DNA of 64,000 nucleotides from the sequence record MT995927.1, one strand, 5' to 3'. Both the position numbers and the translations under genes were made by a program. The notes beneath the pieces are model-generated. The model saw only the letters and a list, made by a program, of their open reading frames with translations, was not told the DNA's origin and did no database searches. Below, one piece after another: positions 8,056 to 24,262 of the stretch; positions within the stretch are counted from its first letter, which is position 1, and every line of letters starts with the position of its first letter.

Positions 8056-10299
8056 ATGAGCGTACATGCCCTAAGAGAACTGTTTAAACACAAAGGCGAA
8101 AAGAAATACGAAGTCTTCTCAATGGAAGATTTCATTGGTCGCCTAGAAAGTGAAATTGGTCTAAATGACAGCGTTGTTAGTCAAGGTCGTTCCCTTGTTA
8201 GCACCATTTCACATGAAAACTTCGGTACCGTACAAGCTACCGACGTTCAAGATGCTGCTGCAATTTATAACAAAATGCAAATGCTCGTTAACGACTATGG
8301 TTTCGAACGAGTAAGCTCCAGTGATCCTCAAGTACGCGCTCGTGAAGAACGTGTCCGTGAGAACCAGATCACCGCTGCTACCATGGCTGCTATCGCCTGT
8401 GCTGATGAAACTAAATATATCCGTGCACTACGTGGTATTACCAAAGCTAAAGCTTCTAATGAAGATCATGTTAAGGTTGTACAGCATCAGTTCAATGGCC
8501 CCGCTGGTGGCATTCAAGTATTCGAAAATGGTGTTGGCCTAGAGAACTATAACGAGAAGTCACAGCGTGATTTCCGTGTTGTAACTATTGGTTATAACCT
8601 AGCTGCTAGCCGTCAAGATGAATTCGCTGAGCGTATTTATCCGACCACCGTTATCAACCCGATTGAAGGTGGTGTTGTTCAGGTTCTTCCTTACATCGCT
8701 GTAATGAAAGACGTTTACCACGAAGTATCCGGCGTTAAAATGGATAATGAAGAAGTGAACATGGTAGAAGCCTATCGTGATCCTTCCATCCTCGACGACG
8801 AAAGCATTGCGCTAATTCCTGCCCTAGATCCGGCTGGCTCCAATGCTGACTTCTTCGTAGACCCGGCTCTTGTTCCTCCGTACACCATCAAGAACGAGCA
8901 GAACCTAACTATCACTACTGCTCCGCTAAAAGCGAACGTACGTCTTGATCTAATGGGTAACTCCAATGCTAACCTACTCATCCAGCGTGGCATGCTTGAA
9001 GTTTCTGACACCATTGATCCGGCTGGTCGTCTAAAGAACCTATTCGTTCTACTCGGTGGTAAAGTTGTTAAGTTCAAGGTTGACCGTCTACCTCGCGCTG
9101 TGTTCCAGCCCGATCTAGTTGGTGATACCCGGAACGCTGTTATCCGTTTCGATAGCGACGATCTAGTTGTTAGTGGCGATACCACTTTCATCGATGGTTC
9201 AGCTGACGGTGTTATCAATGATCTTAAGACCGCTAAACTAAGCCTACGTCTAAGCGTTGGTTTTGGTGGTACTATCAGCCTATCCAAAGGCGATTCTAAG
9301 TTTGGTGCTACCGACACTTACGTCGATAAAGTTCTAAACGAAGATGGCCAGGTAATGGATAATGCTGACCCGGCTGTTAAAGCTATTCTAGATCAGCTAA
9401 CTGACCTAGCTGTTATCGGTTTCGAACTAGATACTCGCTTCACCAACACTAACCGTCGTCAGCGTGGTCACCTACTACAGACCCGTGCACTACAGTTCCG
9501 TCATCCGATCCCGATGCACGCTCCTGTAACTCTACCGATGGACACCATGACCGATGAAGGTCCGGGTGAGGTTGTTAAAGCTCTAACTGTTAACACCAAC
9601 ATCCGTAACAGCAACAACGCTGTTAAGCGCATGCTTAACTACCTTGCTCAACTACGTGAAGTTGTACACAATGGTTACAACCGTCCGAAGTTTGGTATCA
9701 TCGAAGGTGCACTATCCGCTGTAATGCGTCCGACCTATCGTTACAAAGAACTAGATCTTGAGAAAGTCATCGACACCATCAAGTCTAAAGATCGTTGGGA
9801 CGACGTTTGCGCTGCGATCCTAAACTGTGTTAAAGCTGAGCTATTCCCGGCTCACCGTGATTCCAACATTGAAGCTGCCTTCCGTGTTATCTCCGGTAAC
9901 CAGGATGAAACTCCGATGTATCTCTTCTGCTCCGACAAAGAGATTGCTAACTATCTAATGACTAAAGGTGACGACCGTACTCTAGGTGCTTATCTCAAGT
10001 ACGATATCGTTTCCACCAACAACCAGCTATTTGATGGTAAGCTAGTTGTAATTCCGACCCGCGCAGTACAACAAGAAAACGACATCCTCTCCTGGGGCCA
10101 GTTCTTCTACGTATCTACTGTTATCGCTGACCTACCGATCACTCGTGGTGGTCACCAGGTTACTCGCGAAATCGCGGCCATTCCGTTCAACCTACACGTC
10201 AACAACATTCCGTTCGCGCTAGAGTTCAAGATCACTGGCTTCCAGAAAGTCATGGGCGAAACTCAGTTCAACGGTAAGCTTGCTGATCTTAAGCCGTGA
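8056..10299 (+). CDS. gp120: Major capsid protein (phiKZ gp120-like)
   Basis: 747 aa as recalled for gp120; strong codon bias; N-terminal propeptide ending at the prohead-protease-type site GLE|NYNEKS. Confidence 0.95.
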   Translation: MSVHALRELFKHKGEKKYEVFSMEDFIGRLESEIGLNDSVVSQGRSLVSTISHENFGTVQATDVQDAAAIYNKMQMLVNDYGFERVSSSDPQVRAREERVRENQITAATMAAIACADETKYIRALRGITKAKASNEDHVKVVQHQFNGPAGGIQVFENGVGLENYNEKSQRDFRVVTIGYNLAASRQDEFAERIYPTTVINPIEGGVVQVLPYIAVMKDVYHEVSGVKMDNEEVNMVEAYRDPSILDDESIALIPALDPAGSNADFFVDPALVPPYTIKNEQNLTITTAPLKANVRLDLMGNSNANLLIQRGMLEVSDTIDPAGRLKNLFVLLGGKVVKFKVDRLPRAVFQPDLVGDTRNAVIRFDSDDLVVSGDTTFIDGSADGVINDLKTAKLSLRLSVGFGGTISLSKGDSKFGATDTYVDKVLNEDGQVMDNADPAVKAILDQLTDLAVIGFELDTRFTNTNRRQRGHLLQTRALQFRHPIPMHAPVTLPMDTMTDEGPGEVVKALTVNTNIRNSNNAVKRMLNYLAQLREVVHNGYNRPKFGIIEGALSAVMRPTYRYKELDLEKVIDTIKSKDRWDDVCAAILNCVKAELFPAHRDSNIEAAFRVISGNQDETPMYLFCSDKEIANYLMTKGDDRTLGAYLKYDIVSTNNQLFDGKLVVIPTRAVQQENDILSWGQFFYVSTVIADLPITRGGHQVTREIAAIPFNLHVNNIPFALEFKITGFQKVMGETQFNGKLADLKP

Positions 10300-10380
10300 G
10301 CTGGAAAGGGTTACCGTTATCTAGAAAATGGGACTATCCGTTATTTGGAAGACGGTAATGCCCGGAAGTTAGAAGAGTAA
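10300..10380 (+). other. Candidate stop-codon readthrough extension of the major capsid protein (26 aa)
   Basis: In frame after TGA: AGKGYRYLENGTIRYLEDGNARKLEE-TAA, ends just before the terminator. Confidence 0.6.
10315..10344 (+). repeat. 30-bp direct repeat, copy 1
   Basis: CGTTATCTAGAAAATGGGACTATCCGTTAT, identical to 35966-35995. Confidence 0.95.
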
Positions 10381-10389
10381 CAGACATAG

Positions 10390-10409
10390 GCCCTCCCTTC
10401 GGGGAGGGC
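10390..10409 (+). terminator. Terminator of the capsid transcript
   Basis: GCCCTCCC-TTCG-GGGAGGGC followed by TTTAT. Confidence 0.85.
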
Positions 10410-10420
10410 TTTATGTTGTA

Positions 10421-10452
10421 TTACATTAAAAAAAGTTTAAGATCTATATTAC
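10421..10452 (+). promoter_or_regulatory. phiKZ-type early promoter (A tract plus TATTAC)
   Basis: TTACATTAAAAAAAGTTTAAGATCTATATTAC, 31 of 32 nt identical to 62126-62157; TATTAC is the reported early promoter core. Confidence 0.8.
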
Positions 10453-10495
10453 AGTAATGATCATGATCTTCTAATTTAAAAATAGGTTAATCCAA

Positions 10496-10948
10496 ATGAA
10501 CGTTCAATTATTTCCAGAAGTCATCGAAAGATGGCAAGATGCCCTAAGGGTATCTCTTATAGAAAAAAATACCATGGTAGATAATAAGATGTCTACCGTA
10601 GATGATGATAAATACATTAATACTTTCTTTGAAGAATTCCATCCTGTTCAGGATGCCTTTATGCCCAAAGGGCTAGAGGACTTTATTACTGATTATGCCA
10701 AGAAAAACATTGAGGAGATCCTTCAAGAAAAACAGTTTAAGCGGGCCACCGAAAAGTTATATTGTTCGAGTGACCCGCATAAATGGCAGAAATCAAGTAA
10801 TAAGGAAAAGAGTGAATCCTTTAAGGGAAGGTCCGTACATCAAACTAAAAAGAGGCTCCCCAACATTGTAGATTTGGAGGCCGTTGTGATTAAGGTAGAT
10901 TTCAATGGTAACACTAAAAATTGCGGGGCTTACTCAAGTATCAGTTAA
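10496..10948 (+). CDS. Hypothetical early protein (gp121-like)
   Basis: 150-aa ORF behind the early promoter, AGGT RBS. Confidence 0.7.
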   Translation: MNVQLFPEVIERWQDALRVSLIEKNTMVDNKMSTVDDDKYINTFFEEFHPVQDAFMPKGLEDFITDYAKKNIEEILQEKQFKRATEKLYCSSDPHKWQKSSNKEKSESFKGRSVHQTKKRLPNIVDLEAVVIKVDFNGNTKNCGAYSSIS

Positions 10949-11987
10949 GCCTACTATCGATCACCCGTATGATAAGAAATCGGGAACTGCATACACTAAG
11001 GGTGATCCATACGCTAATTGGAATCTCCCTGTCTCACGTTTTGTTGAGTATCGGAATGAATCATTTCATCGTATTACTGTAGTCGATTCATCTGGTCACG
11101 CTATCAATATTGGGACATCCCGTAAGTATGTAATGTCTAATAGACTAGTAGTTAAGGTCATTTACCGATGGAGTGGTGATGATAGTTTTAACTATGAAGT
11201 TATGGCTAAATCTATTCCAGGTTTTACACCTGAGGAAATGTTAGAATATATTCAGTCATTTAGTCGACAGACATTCGATCAGTTTAATAACCAGCTATCT
11301 GAGATTACTATTTGGTATTCAATTGACTTATCAAAACTAGTAGATCAGTATCATGGTGGTTGGATTCAGAGTTTAGGTATCCAAGTATTTAAAACTGAGT
11401 ATAGTCAGTATTTTGAATTTTATCCAAATAGAAATATTAGTCCTCCTGGTTACAGCGGACTTAGTCCAGAAGAAGAAGCACTTTCTAATCAAGTATGGAA
11501 TGAAACATATTCTTTAACGTATAATACTGACATCAATAAACCAGATAAATTGTTTTATGTAATGGCTGGCAGAATTATGGCCATTGAGTCAATCTACAAT
11601 CCATCATTAGATCCTGGTCTTATTGTTAATATCCGTGGTAAGCATGGATGTATTAGTCATAATGGCGAAAAGAGATATGTAATACCTCCTGAACAGTTCC
11701 ATGAAAATGGTTTCTTTAGAACACATGAAGAAGCTGCTGCAATGGTTGGAATTAAAGATAAGAAAGTTATTGAACGTCTTAAGACTGCACTCTTAACAGC
11801 GGCTGATATTAAGGAAAGGGAAGCCCAGGAAAAAGCAGCTGGTACGTTTGATAAAGAATTCAAACCAAAAGATGTTGTATTGATTCATGGTCTAAAATGG
11901 GGTGATCTAAACTCCATTGCCTCTGATCTAGTATCATCCATTAAAATTGTAGGTTCACTGATGGATTTAATTTTGCCAAAAGTTTAG
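10905..11987 (+). CDS. Hypothetical protein (gp122-like)
   Basis: 360-aa ORF overlapping the previous gene by 44 nt, AAGGT RBS. Confidence 0.8.
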   Translation: MVTLKIAGLTQVSVKPTIDHPYDKKSGTAYTKGDPYANWNLPVSRFVEYRNESFHRITVVDSSGHAINIGTSRKYVMSNRLVVKVIYRWSGDDSFNYEVMAKSIPGFTPEEMLEYIQSFSRQTFDQFNNQLSEITIWYSIDLSKLVDQYHGGWIQSLGIQVFKTEYSQYFEFYPNRNISPPGYSGLSPEEEALSNQVWNETYSLTYNTDINKPDKLFYVMAGRIMAIESIYNPSLDPGLIVNIRGKHGCISHNGEKRYVIPPEQFHENGFFRTHEEAAAMVGIKDKKVIERLKTALLTAADIKEREAQEKAAGTFDKEFKPKDVVLIHGLKWGDLNSIASDLVSSIKIVGSLMDLILPKV

Positions 11988-11996
11988 GAGTTTATA

Positions 11997-13628
11997 ATGC
12001 CGGATCCATTTCTAATTGAAAAGATTCGTGAAAATACGCCTTGCATGAATCCAACACTAGCAAATGGTATCACAGTCGAACACACCATGACTCGTGATCC
12101 AAATACTGGTGTTAATATGACCAGGCGTTATATTGATTCTTTATTTGATATCAGTTCAGTTCTATTTCCCGATGGCTTCAAATATGAAGGCAATCGTGCA
12201 TGTACACCGCTTAAGCATTTTGAAGAGATTACTCGGGAATATAATGCTAAGCGTATTGCCAATATTGCTCCAACTGACATGTACATGATTGACCTAATGT
12301 TTAGTTATAAAGGGGAAATGCTTTATCCTCGTCCAATGTTGTTACCAGCTTTTAAGAGAGGCAATATGGTAACTATCAATGGTGCGAAATATATCGGTTC
12401 ACCAGTATTAACTGATGTTGGGTTCTCTGTACTTAATGATAGCATCTTCATCCCGTTTCGTCGTACTAAGCTAACCTTTAAACAAACTGACCACCATTAC
12501 ATGTGCAATGGTCAGCGTAAAATCATGTATGTGATCTGGTCACAGATTCACAATGAAATGGCTAAGCGTACTAAACGAGATCTGGATAATCGACCACATA
12601 TTGAGTCATGTTTAGCTCATTATTTCTTCTGTCAGTTTGGAGTAACTCAAACTTTCAAACAATGGGCTAATGTAGATGTTAAGTGTGGACTGCTGTCTGA
12701 TTTTCCTGAAGAAGAATATCCACGTGAAAAGTGGAATATTTATTCCAGTGCAACATTAAAAGGCAAACATCCCACCGGTGAAATGGTTCTTGTTATACCT
12801 CGTCATCAAGAATCTATTTTTGCCACACGACTTATCGCTGGTTTCTGGTATGTGGTCGATGCATTTCCAATGCGGTTTACTCGACCTGAATATGTAGATA
12901 GTACCAACTTATGGCGTGTTATCCTAGGTCACATGGTGTTTGGTGATTTTGAGCACCAAGGTAAAGTAGAGGAAAACATTGATTCACACCTACACAGTTT
13001 CTGTAATTCACTAGACGAAATGACTATTGAAGAACTTAAAACAGTTGGTGTCAATGTAAGTACTATTTGGGAACTTCTTTACGAGATCATGACTAGTTTG
13101 GCTCATCATCTTTATGCTACTGATATTGATGAAACTAGTATGTATGGTAAAAGGTTAACAGTACTGCATTACTTGATGTCAGAGTTTAACTATGCTGTAA
13201 GTATGTTTGGTTATATGTTCCAGTCTAGGCGTGATCGTGAATGGACTGTACAAGAGCTAAACGAAGGTTTAAAACGTTCTTTTAAACTACAGACAGCTAT
13301 TAAACGATTAACAGTGGACCATGGTGAACTCGATACAATGAGTAATCCAAACTCCAGTATGTTGATTAAAGGGACATCTATCCTAGTTACACAGGATCGC
13401 GCTAAAACAGCTAAGGCTCATAATAAGTCTCTAATCAATGACTCATCTAGGATTATTCACGCATCTATTGCTGAGGTAGGTCAATATAAAAACCAACCTA
13501 AGAACAACCCGGATGGTCGAGGTAGGCTTAATATGTATACCAAAGTGGGTCCAACTGGACTAGTTGAACGTCGTGAAGAAGTGCGTGAAATAATTGACAA
13601 CGCTCAATTAATGTTCCGTGCAAAATAA
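11997..13628 (+). CDS. gp123: Non-virion RNA polymerase, beta-like subunit N-terminal part (gp123-like)
   Basis: 543 aa and position as recalled; rpoB-like elements (TINGAKYIGSP, H.S.AEVGQ...P...PDGRGRLN). Confidence 0.85.
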   Translation: MPDPFLIEKIRENTPCMNPTLANGITVEHTMTRDPNTGVNMTRRYIDSLFDISSVLFPDGFKYEGNRACTPLKHFEEITREYNAKRIANIAPTDMYMIDLMFSYKGEMLYPRPMLLPAFKRGNMVTINGAKYIGSPVLTDVGFSVLNDSIFIPFRRTKLTFKQTDHHYMCNGQRKIMYVIWSQIHNEMAKRTKRDLDNRPHIESCLAHYFFCQFGVTQTFKQWANVDVKCGLLSDFPEEEYPREKWNIYSSATLKGKHPTGEMVLVIPRHQESIFATRLIAGFWYVVDAFPMRFTRPEYVDSTNLWRVILGHMVFGDFEHQGKVEENIDSHLHSFCNSLDEMTIEELKTVGVNVSTIWELLYEIMTSLAHHLYATDIDETSMYGKRLTVLHYLMSEFNYAVSMFGYMFQSRRDREWTVQELNEGLKRSFKLQTAIKRLTVDHGELDTMSNPNSSMLIKGTSILVTQDRAKTAKAHNKSLINDSSRIIHASIAEVGQYKNQPKNNPDGRGRLNMYTKVGPTGLVERREEVREIIDNAQLMFRAK

Positions 13629-13663
13629 ATTAAATCTTTAACTACTTAATAGGTATTATTCAC

Positions 13664-15829
13664 ATGAACTATGCACAGTACAATCTACCTGTCGATTTTG
13701 AGAGTGTAGATACCAGTACTTTCGATCCTAACCTACCTAATGGGAATTATCTGTTTAGCCTACCGCTACAGTTATCACCACATCAACAACATCCTCAACT
13801 ACAACCATATTTCAATGGTGTAATTGGGCTGTTCCGGCTGAATGCTCAAAATGCTGCTACTACCACCCAGCTTCATGCATTTGCGTATAATCTGCTATCT
13901 AGTAATGGTTTTCAGAATAACTATTATCAGCAGTGGGCTCAGAAAGTTATTGACTTTCTAGAGTTTCTATTTATTCATCGTCAAATGGTGAATAACCCAC
14001 AGCAGGCAATGCAGCAAGCTGCATCTCTAGTATGGTCTGGTTTTGTTGGTAAATGTGCTCAAACCTTCCCGCAGCTACAAAGTCTAGTTCAACATCTAAT
14101 GCCGAATATCCAACAGGCACTTGGTGTAATCGGGCAGATTGAATCAGATATCCAAAAGATGCGTATGGGTGGTAACACCATGATGCAGGGTGGATATCAA
14201 CAACCTGGTGTACAGCCTGGAAGTTTCCCTGGGATGGGTGCAGCAATGGGTCGTCCTGGCATGAGTTCACAACTACCTCCAATTAACGCAGGTATCCAAC
14301 AGACCTATGGTCAACCGGCTACCATGGCTAATCCGCAGCTGAACATTCCAGGGGCATATACACCAACAACTAATCATGACACTGGTCCATCAATTGCAAA
14401 TGCTGCATATGACGTACCTGGTTCTTCTCCTTTCCTGGAAAACAAACCAGTCATGCAACCTAAAGACTCTTGGGGTGCCACTGTTGAAGTATCTCCAAAT
14501 AGTAGTTATGATACAATCCCTGGTGGAGGTGATGTAATGATTCTACCTGAACTACAACAAAATGCAAATACTGTAACTAATGATAATACGGATCTACCCA
14601 TCCCTCAAGATGTGAAAGAACTCGTATTCGATCCGAACTATTATGTACCCAATGGATTTGTAATTAATAAAGATCGTCCGATGGATGTTATCTATAATCC
14701 AGGTGGCATTGAAATCCGACCTGCTCATCTAGTTGCAGATAAACCTGATTGGGTACGTACTGCTAGTTCAGCTAATCCATACAGCATCCTAATGGATCCG
14801 GCAGTATATTGTCGCTTCCTTGCTAAATGGCCTGATAACACTGTACATGAAGTATATCGTAAGTGGGAGAATCACATGGAAATGGATTATCTAAAGCATG
14901 AGCTTCAAGATGATCTCCGTCGTCAAGCACATCGTGGTGGTGGTGCGCGTACTGCAACCAGTTATAAGCTATCTACCATTATGGGTGATGCCAAACCGGT
15001 TAAAGAAGTAGCCGAAGAGTTTTCACCAAATGATGCTGGGTTAACTGATAATCGTGAACATGATCCAGTTATCCTAGAAGGTTATATTGCTTGTGCAAAT
15101 AATCTTGAAGCAGAAGCTGGTGCACTCAATGCAGTTCGTGAAGCACTTGAGCTAAGCGAAGATGATGTAGTTCCAGCACATGAGTATCGCGCAGCATCAT
15201 CCCATCCATTTGATGCTTCAACTGAAGTCATGTATGAGATCGAGGATATTCGAAAAGAACCCGATCCGCATCTAATTGCAAAGCGCCTTAAGCAACTAAT
15301 GCTAGATGGTAAGCTGGCTCAACGCTACTATCGGTTCCTAGTTGAAAGGCTCACCAGTGCAGTTAATGAGTTCCTGGCTGATTCAATGAGTCAGAAGGTA
15401 ACCATTGATGACTTCTGTGAAGATATCGGTGACCTTATCGCATATCTGATCGGTAAGAAGGGTAAGTCAGTAGCTGATAAATTTACCGCTAGTATTCCGT
15501 TTATTGTTGGACGGAGTATGTGTGTTAATATTGATCCAGAAGAAGGTAATTCTATTCTAGATCTATCAGTGCGTTTCCAAACTGGCTGGCGCCTTGAGGA
15601 ACTATCCTGCCTAAATATTTATACCGAGAAAGCAGTGCTTATCAGTAAACTTACTGAACCTAAGATTACTCAAGTAATCATGGGAATGGCAAAGCGTCTA
15701 AATAGCTCTAAAGATTCAGATGATGCACGTACCCACAAAATGTACATTATCACTGCTGATGGATCTTATCTACAAGTTATTCGTGGCGCTCTTGTTGATA
15801 ATGCTGTTCTACTTAAGCTTATCAAATAA
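13664..15829 (+). CDS. Conserved hypothetical protein with Q/P/G/M-rich region (gp124-like)
   Basis: 721-aa ORF, AGGT RBS. Confidence 0.8.
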   Translation: MNYAQYNLPVDFESVDTSTFDPNLPNGNYLFSLPLQLSPHQQHPQLQPYFNGVIGLFRLNAQNAATTTQLHAFAYNLLSSNGFQNNYYQQWAQKVIDFLEFLFIHRQMVNNPQQAMQQAASLVWSGFVGKCAQTFPQLQSLVQHLMPNIQQALGVIGQIESDIQKMRMGGNTMMQGGYQQPGVQPGSFPGMGAAMGRPGMSSQLPPINAGIQQTYGQPATMANPQLNIPGAYTPTTNHDTGPSIANAAYDVPGSSPFLENKPVMQPKDSWGATVEVSPNSSYDTIPGGGDVMILPELQQNANTVTNDNTDLPIPQDVKELVFDPNYYVPNGFVINKDRPMDVIYNPGGIEIRPAHLVADKPDWVRTASSANPYSILMDPAVYCRFLAKWPDNTVHEVYRKWENHMEMDYLKHELQDDLRRQAHRGGGARTATSYKLSTIMGDAKPVKEVAEEFSPNDAGLTDNREHDPVILEGYIACANNLEAEAGALNAVREALELSEDDVVPAHEYRAASSHPFDASTEVMYEIEDIRKEPDPHLIAKRLKQLMLDGKLAQRYYRFLVERLTSAVNEFLADSMSQKVTIDDFCEDIGDLIAYLIGKKGKSVADKFTASIPFIVGRSMCVNIDPEEGNSILDLSVRFQTGWRLEELSCLNIYTEKAVLISKLTEPKITQVIMGMAKRLNSSKDSDDARTHKMYIITADGSYLQVIRGALVDNAVLLKLIK

Positions 15830-15835
15830 GCATGA

Positions 15836-15857
15836 AAGCCCCTCTTCGGAGGGGCTT
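15836..15857 (+). terminator. Hairpin terminator
   Basis: AAGCCCCTC-TTCG-GAGGGGCTT. Confidence 0.85.
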
Positions 15858-15909
15858 ATTTATGAGTAATGTATAGTTTAATCAAATATTGTAAAAAAGG
15901 AGTAATACA

Positions 15910-16542
15910 ATGCTAGCTAAAATGAATAAATTCTTTAAAGAATTACTAAACAAAAATACGGTGAATATGGCAGGACTATTCGATGATGTGGTATTGATGA
16001 ATAGTTATAGTAACTATAAACCAGATTTTAATGACACTGTAGAAGTAAATACAAAATGTGATCTACCGGCAAATGGTAAAGTTCTAGTTCTATATGTCGT
16101 TCAAGATACAATGGATATGTATATTTGGGATGGCCAACAATATCTTTCTTATAATCCATATTCCACTGAGCAATTAGCACCAATGATTGATGACCCATCA
16201 GCATTTATTCCATCAACCAAAGCTAATACTTCTCTAAAAGTAACTTATGGTATCTGGGCGCTTAAGAAAGATCTAGAAACTATCCAGAAGTATTCAATTG
16301 GAATGCACACTCTTCTTGATAAACATTCACTAGCACGAGTTAATGATAAGAATCCTATTAATAAGGTATTCTTCGAAACATGTCATAAAGCCCTATATAC
16401 TGCACTTCGTGAATCATACAAAAACAATATGGTTAAACCACAAATCGCAGATGCAGTTACCAAGGAAGGATGTTGGTTTGGGCGAGATCATCGATCTAAT
16501 AAACTGTCATTTAAATGCGGTGAATTTAAGGTTGAATGGTAA
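15910..16542 (+). CDS. Hypothetical protein (gp125-like)
   Basis: 210-aa ORF, AAGGAG RBS. Confidence 0.8.
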   Translation: MLAKMNKFFKELLNKNTVNMAGLFDDVVLMNSYSNYKPDFNDTVEVNTKCDLPANGKVLVLYVVQDTMDMYIWDGQQYLSYNPYSTEQLAPMIDDPSAFIPSTKANTSLKVTYGIWALKKDLETIQKYSIGMHTLLDKHSLARVNDKNPINKVFFETCHKALYTALRESYKNNMVKPQIADAVTKEGCWFGRDHRSNKLSFKCGEFKVEW

Positions 16543-16562
16543 TAATTAAGTAATGGCATAAA

Positions 16563-16584
16563 CCCCTCTCCGCATGGAGAGGGG
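16563..16584. terminator. Bidirectional terminator between convergent genes
   Basis: CCCCTCTCC-GCAT-GGAGAGGGG. Confidence 0.8.
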
Positions 16585-16605
16585 CTATGTCTTTATTTTT
16601 TTTAT

Positions 16606-17049
16606 TTAACTGCTTTCAAATTCAAGAGTTACTGGTATTGTTGGTATCCACGACAAGTTATTAAAGTATGGATGTATCGTAACCGTATTCCCAGTAATAG
16701 GTTGCGGTTGTATCTCATCTATAATAAATGGAATACCGTAAACATCTCTTAATTTTTCAGCTACTTCTAAATTATCAGTATAGTCAGTTGGTTTACCCGG
16801 TACTTTTATACCAAGACAGTACTCTGGTAAAGAGCGTCTATTAAAGTAAATAACTGTCTCACCTTTAAAATAAAGTGAACTGGTCTTCGCTCTCATTGTT
16901 GTTTTGGCATTTGTACCAGTTGCTAAGAATGTATCAGTCCCTATAAATTCAACATCATCAACAGTTAAATCCCTAGGCTTACCATTATTATCTTTAGGTT
17001 TATTAGCCACATTCCAAGCAGCTACTAATTCAGCTCTTGTATCAGCCAT
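16606..17049 (-). CDS. Virion structural protein (gp126-like)
   Basis: 147 aa; YFNRRSL motif resembles gp127/gp143/gp158-like proteins. Confidence 0.7.
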   Translation of the reverse strand: MADTRAELVAAWNVANKPKDNNGKPRDLTVDDVEFIGTDTFLATGTNAKTTMRAKTSSLYFKGETVIYFNRRSLPEYCLGIKVPGKPTDYTDNLEVAEKLRDVYGIPFIIDEIQPQPITGNTVTIHPYFNNLSWIPTIPVTLEFESS

Positions 17050-17057
17050 TACACACC

Positions 17058-17930
<873 letters not shown>

Positions 17931-17940
17931 CTATCGCTCC

Positions 17941-20121
<2,181 letters not shown>

Positions 20122-20141
20122 TTACTCACTTTAAAATTTAG

Positions 20142-22832
<2,691 letters not shown>

Positions 22833-22852
22833 TAATTTCTAAACAACATAAT

Positions 22853-22873
22853 GCCCTCCCATTACGGGAGGGC
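22853..22873. terminator. Bidirectional terminator
   Basis: GCCCTCCC-ATTAC-GGGAGGGC between convergent genes; identical to 63582-63602. Confidence 0.8.
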
Positions 22874-22881
22874 TTATGACG

Positions 22882-24165
<1,284 letters not shown>

Positions 24166-24262
24166 CTATTAGTCTCCATGGAATGATTGGACAATCCTAT
24201 GTGAATTTCACATCATTACGCTAACAAATTGCGCAATAGCGTTTTATTAAAGGAGGGCAACC

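Noticed and set aside
8772-9317. 181-aa antisense ORF inside the capsid gene
   Set aside because: Mirror of the strong codon bias of the sense gene; no RBS or family motif
10328-10372. Alternative-frame mini ORF MGLSVIWKTVMPGS after the capsid gene
   Set aside because: Only 14 aa; the capsid-frame reading gives the repeated motif matching gp143, so it explains the sequence better
11997-13628. Split multisubunit RNA polymerase genes (gp123 and gp149-like) as a novel system
   Set aside because: Already established for phiKZ-like jumbo phages; reported as features only
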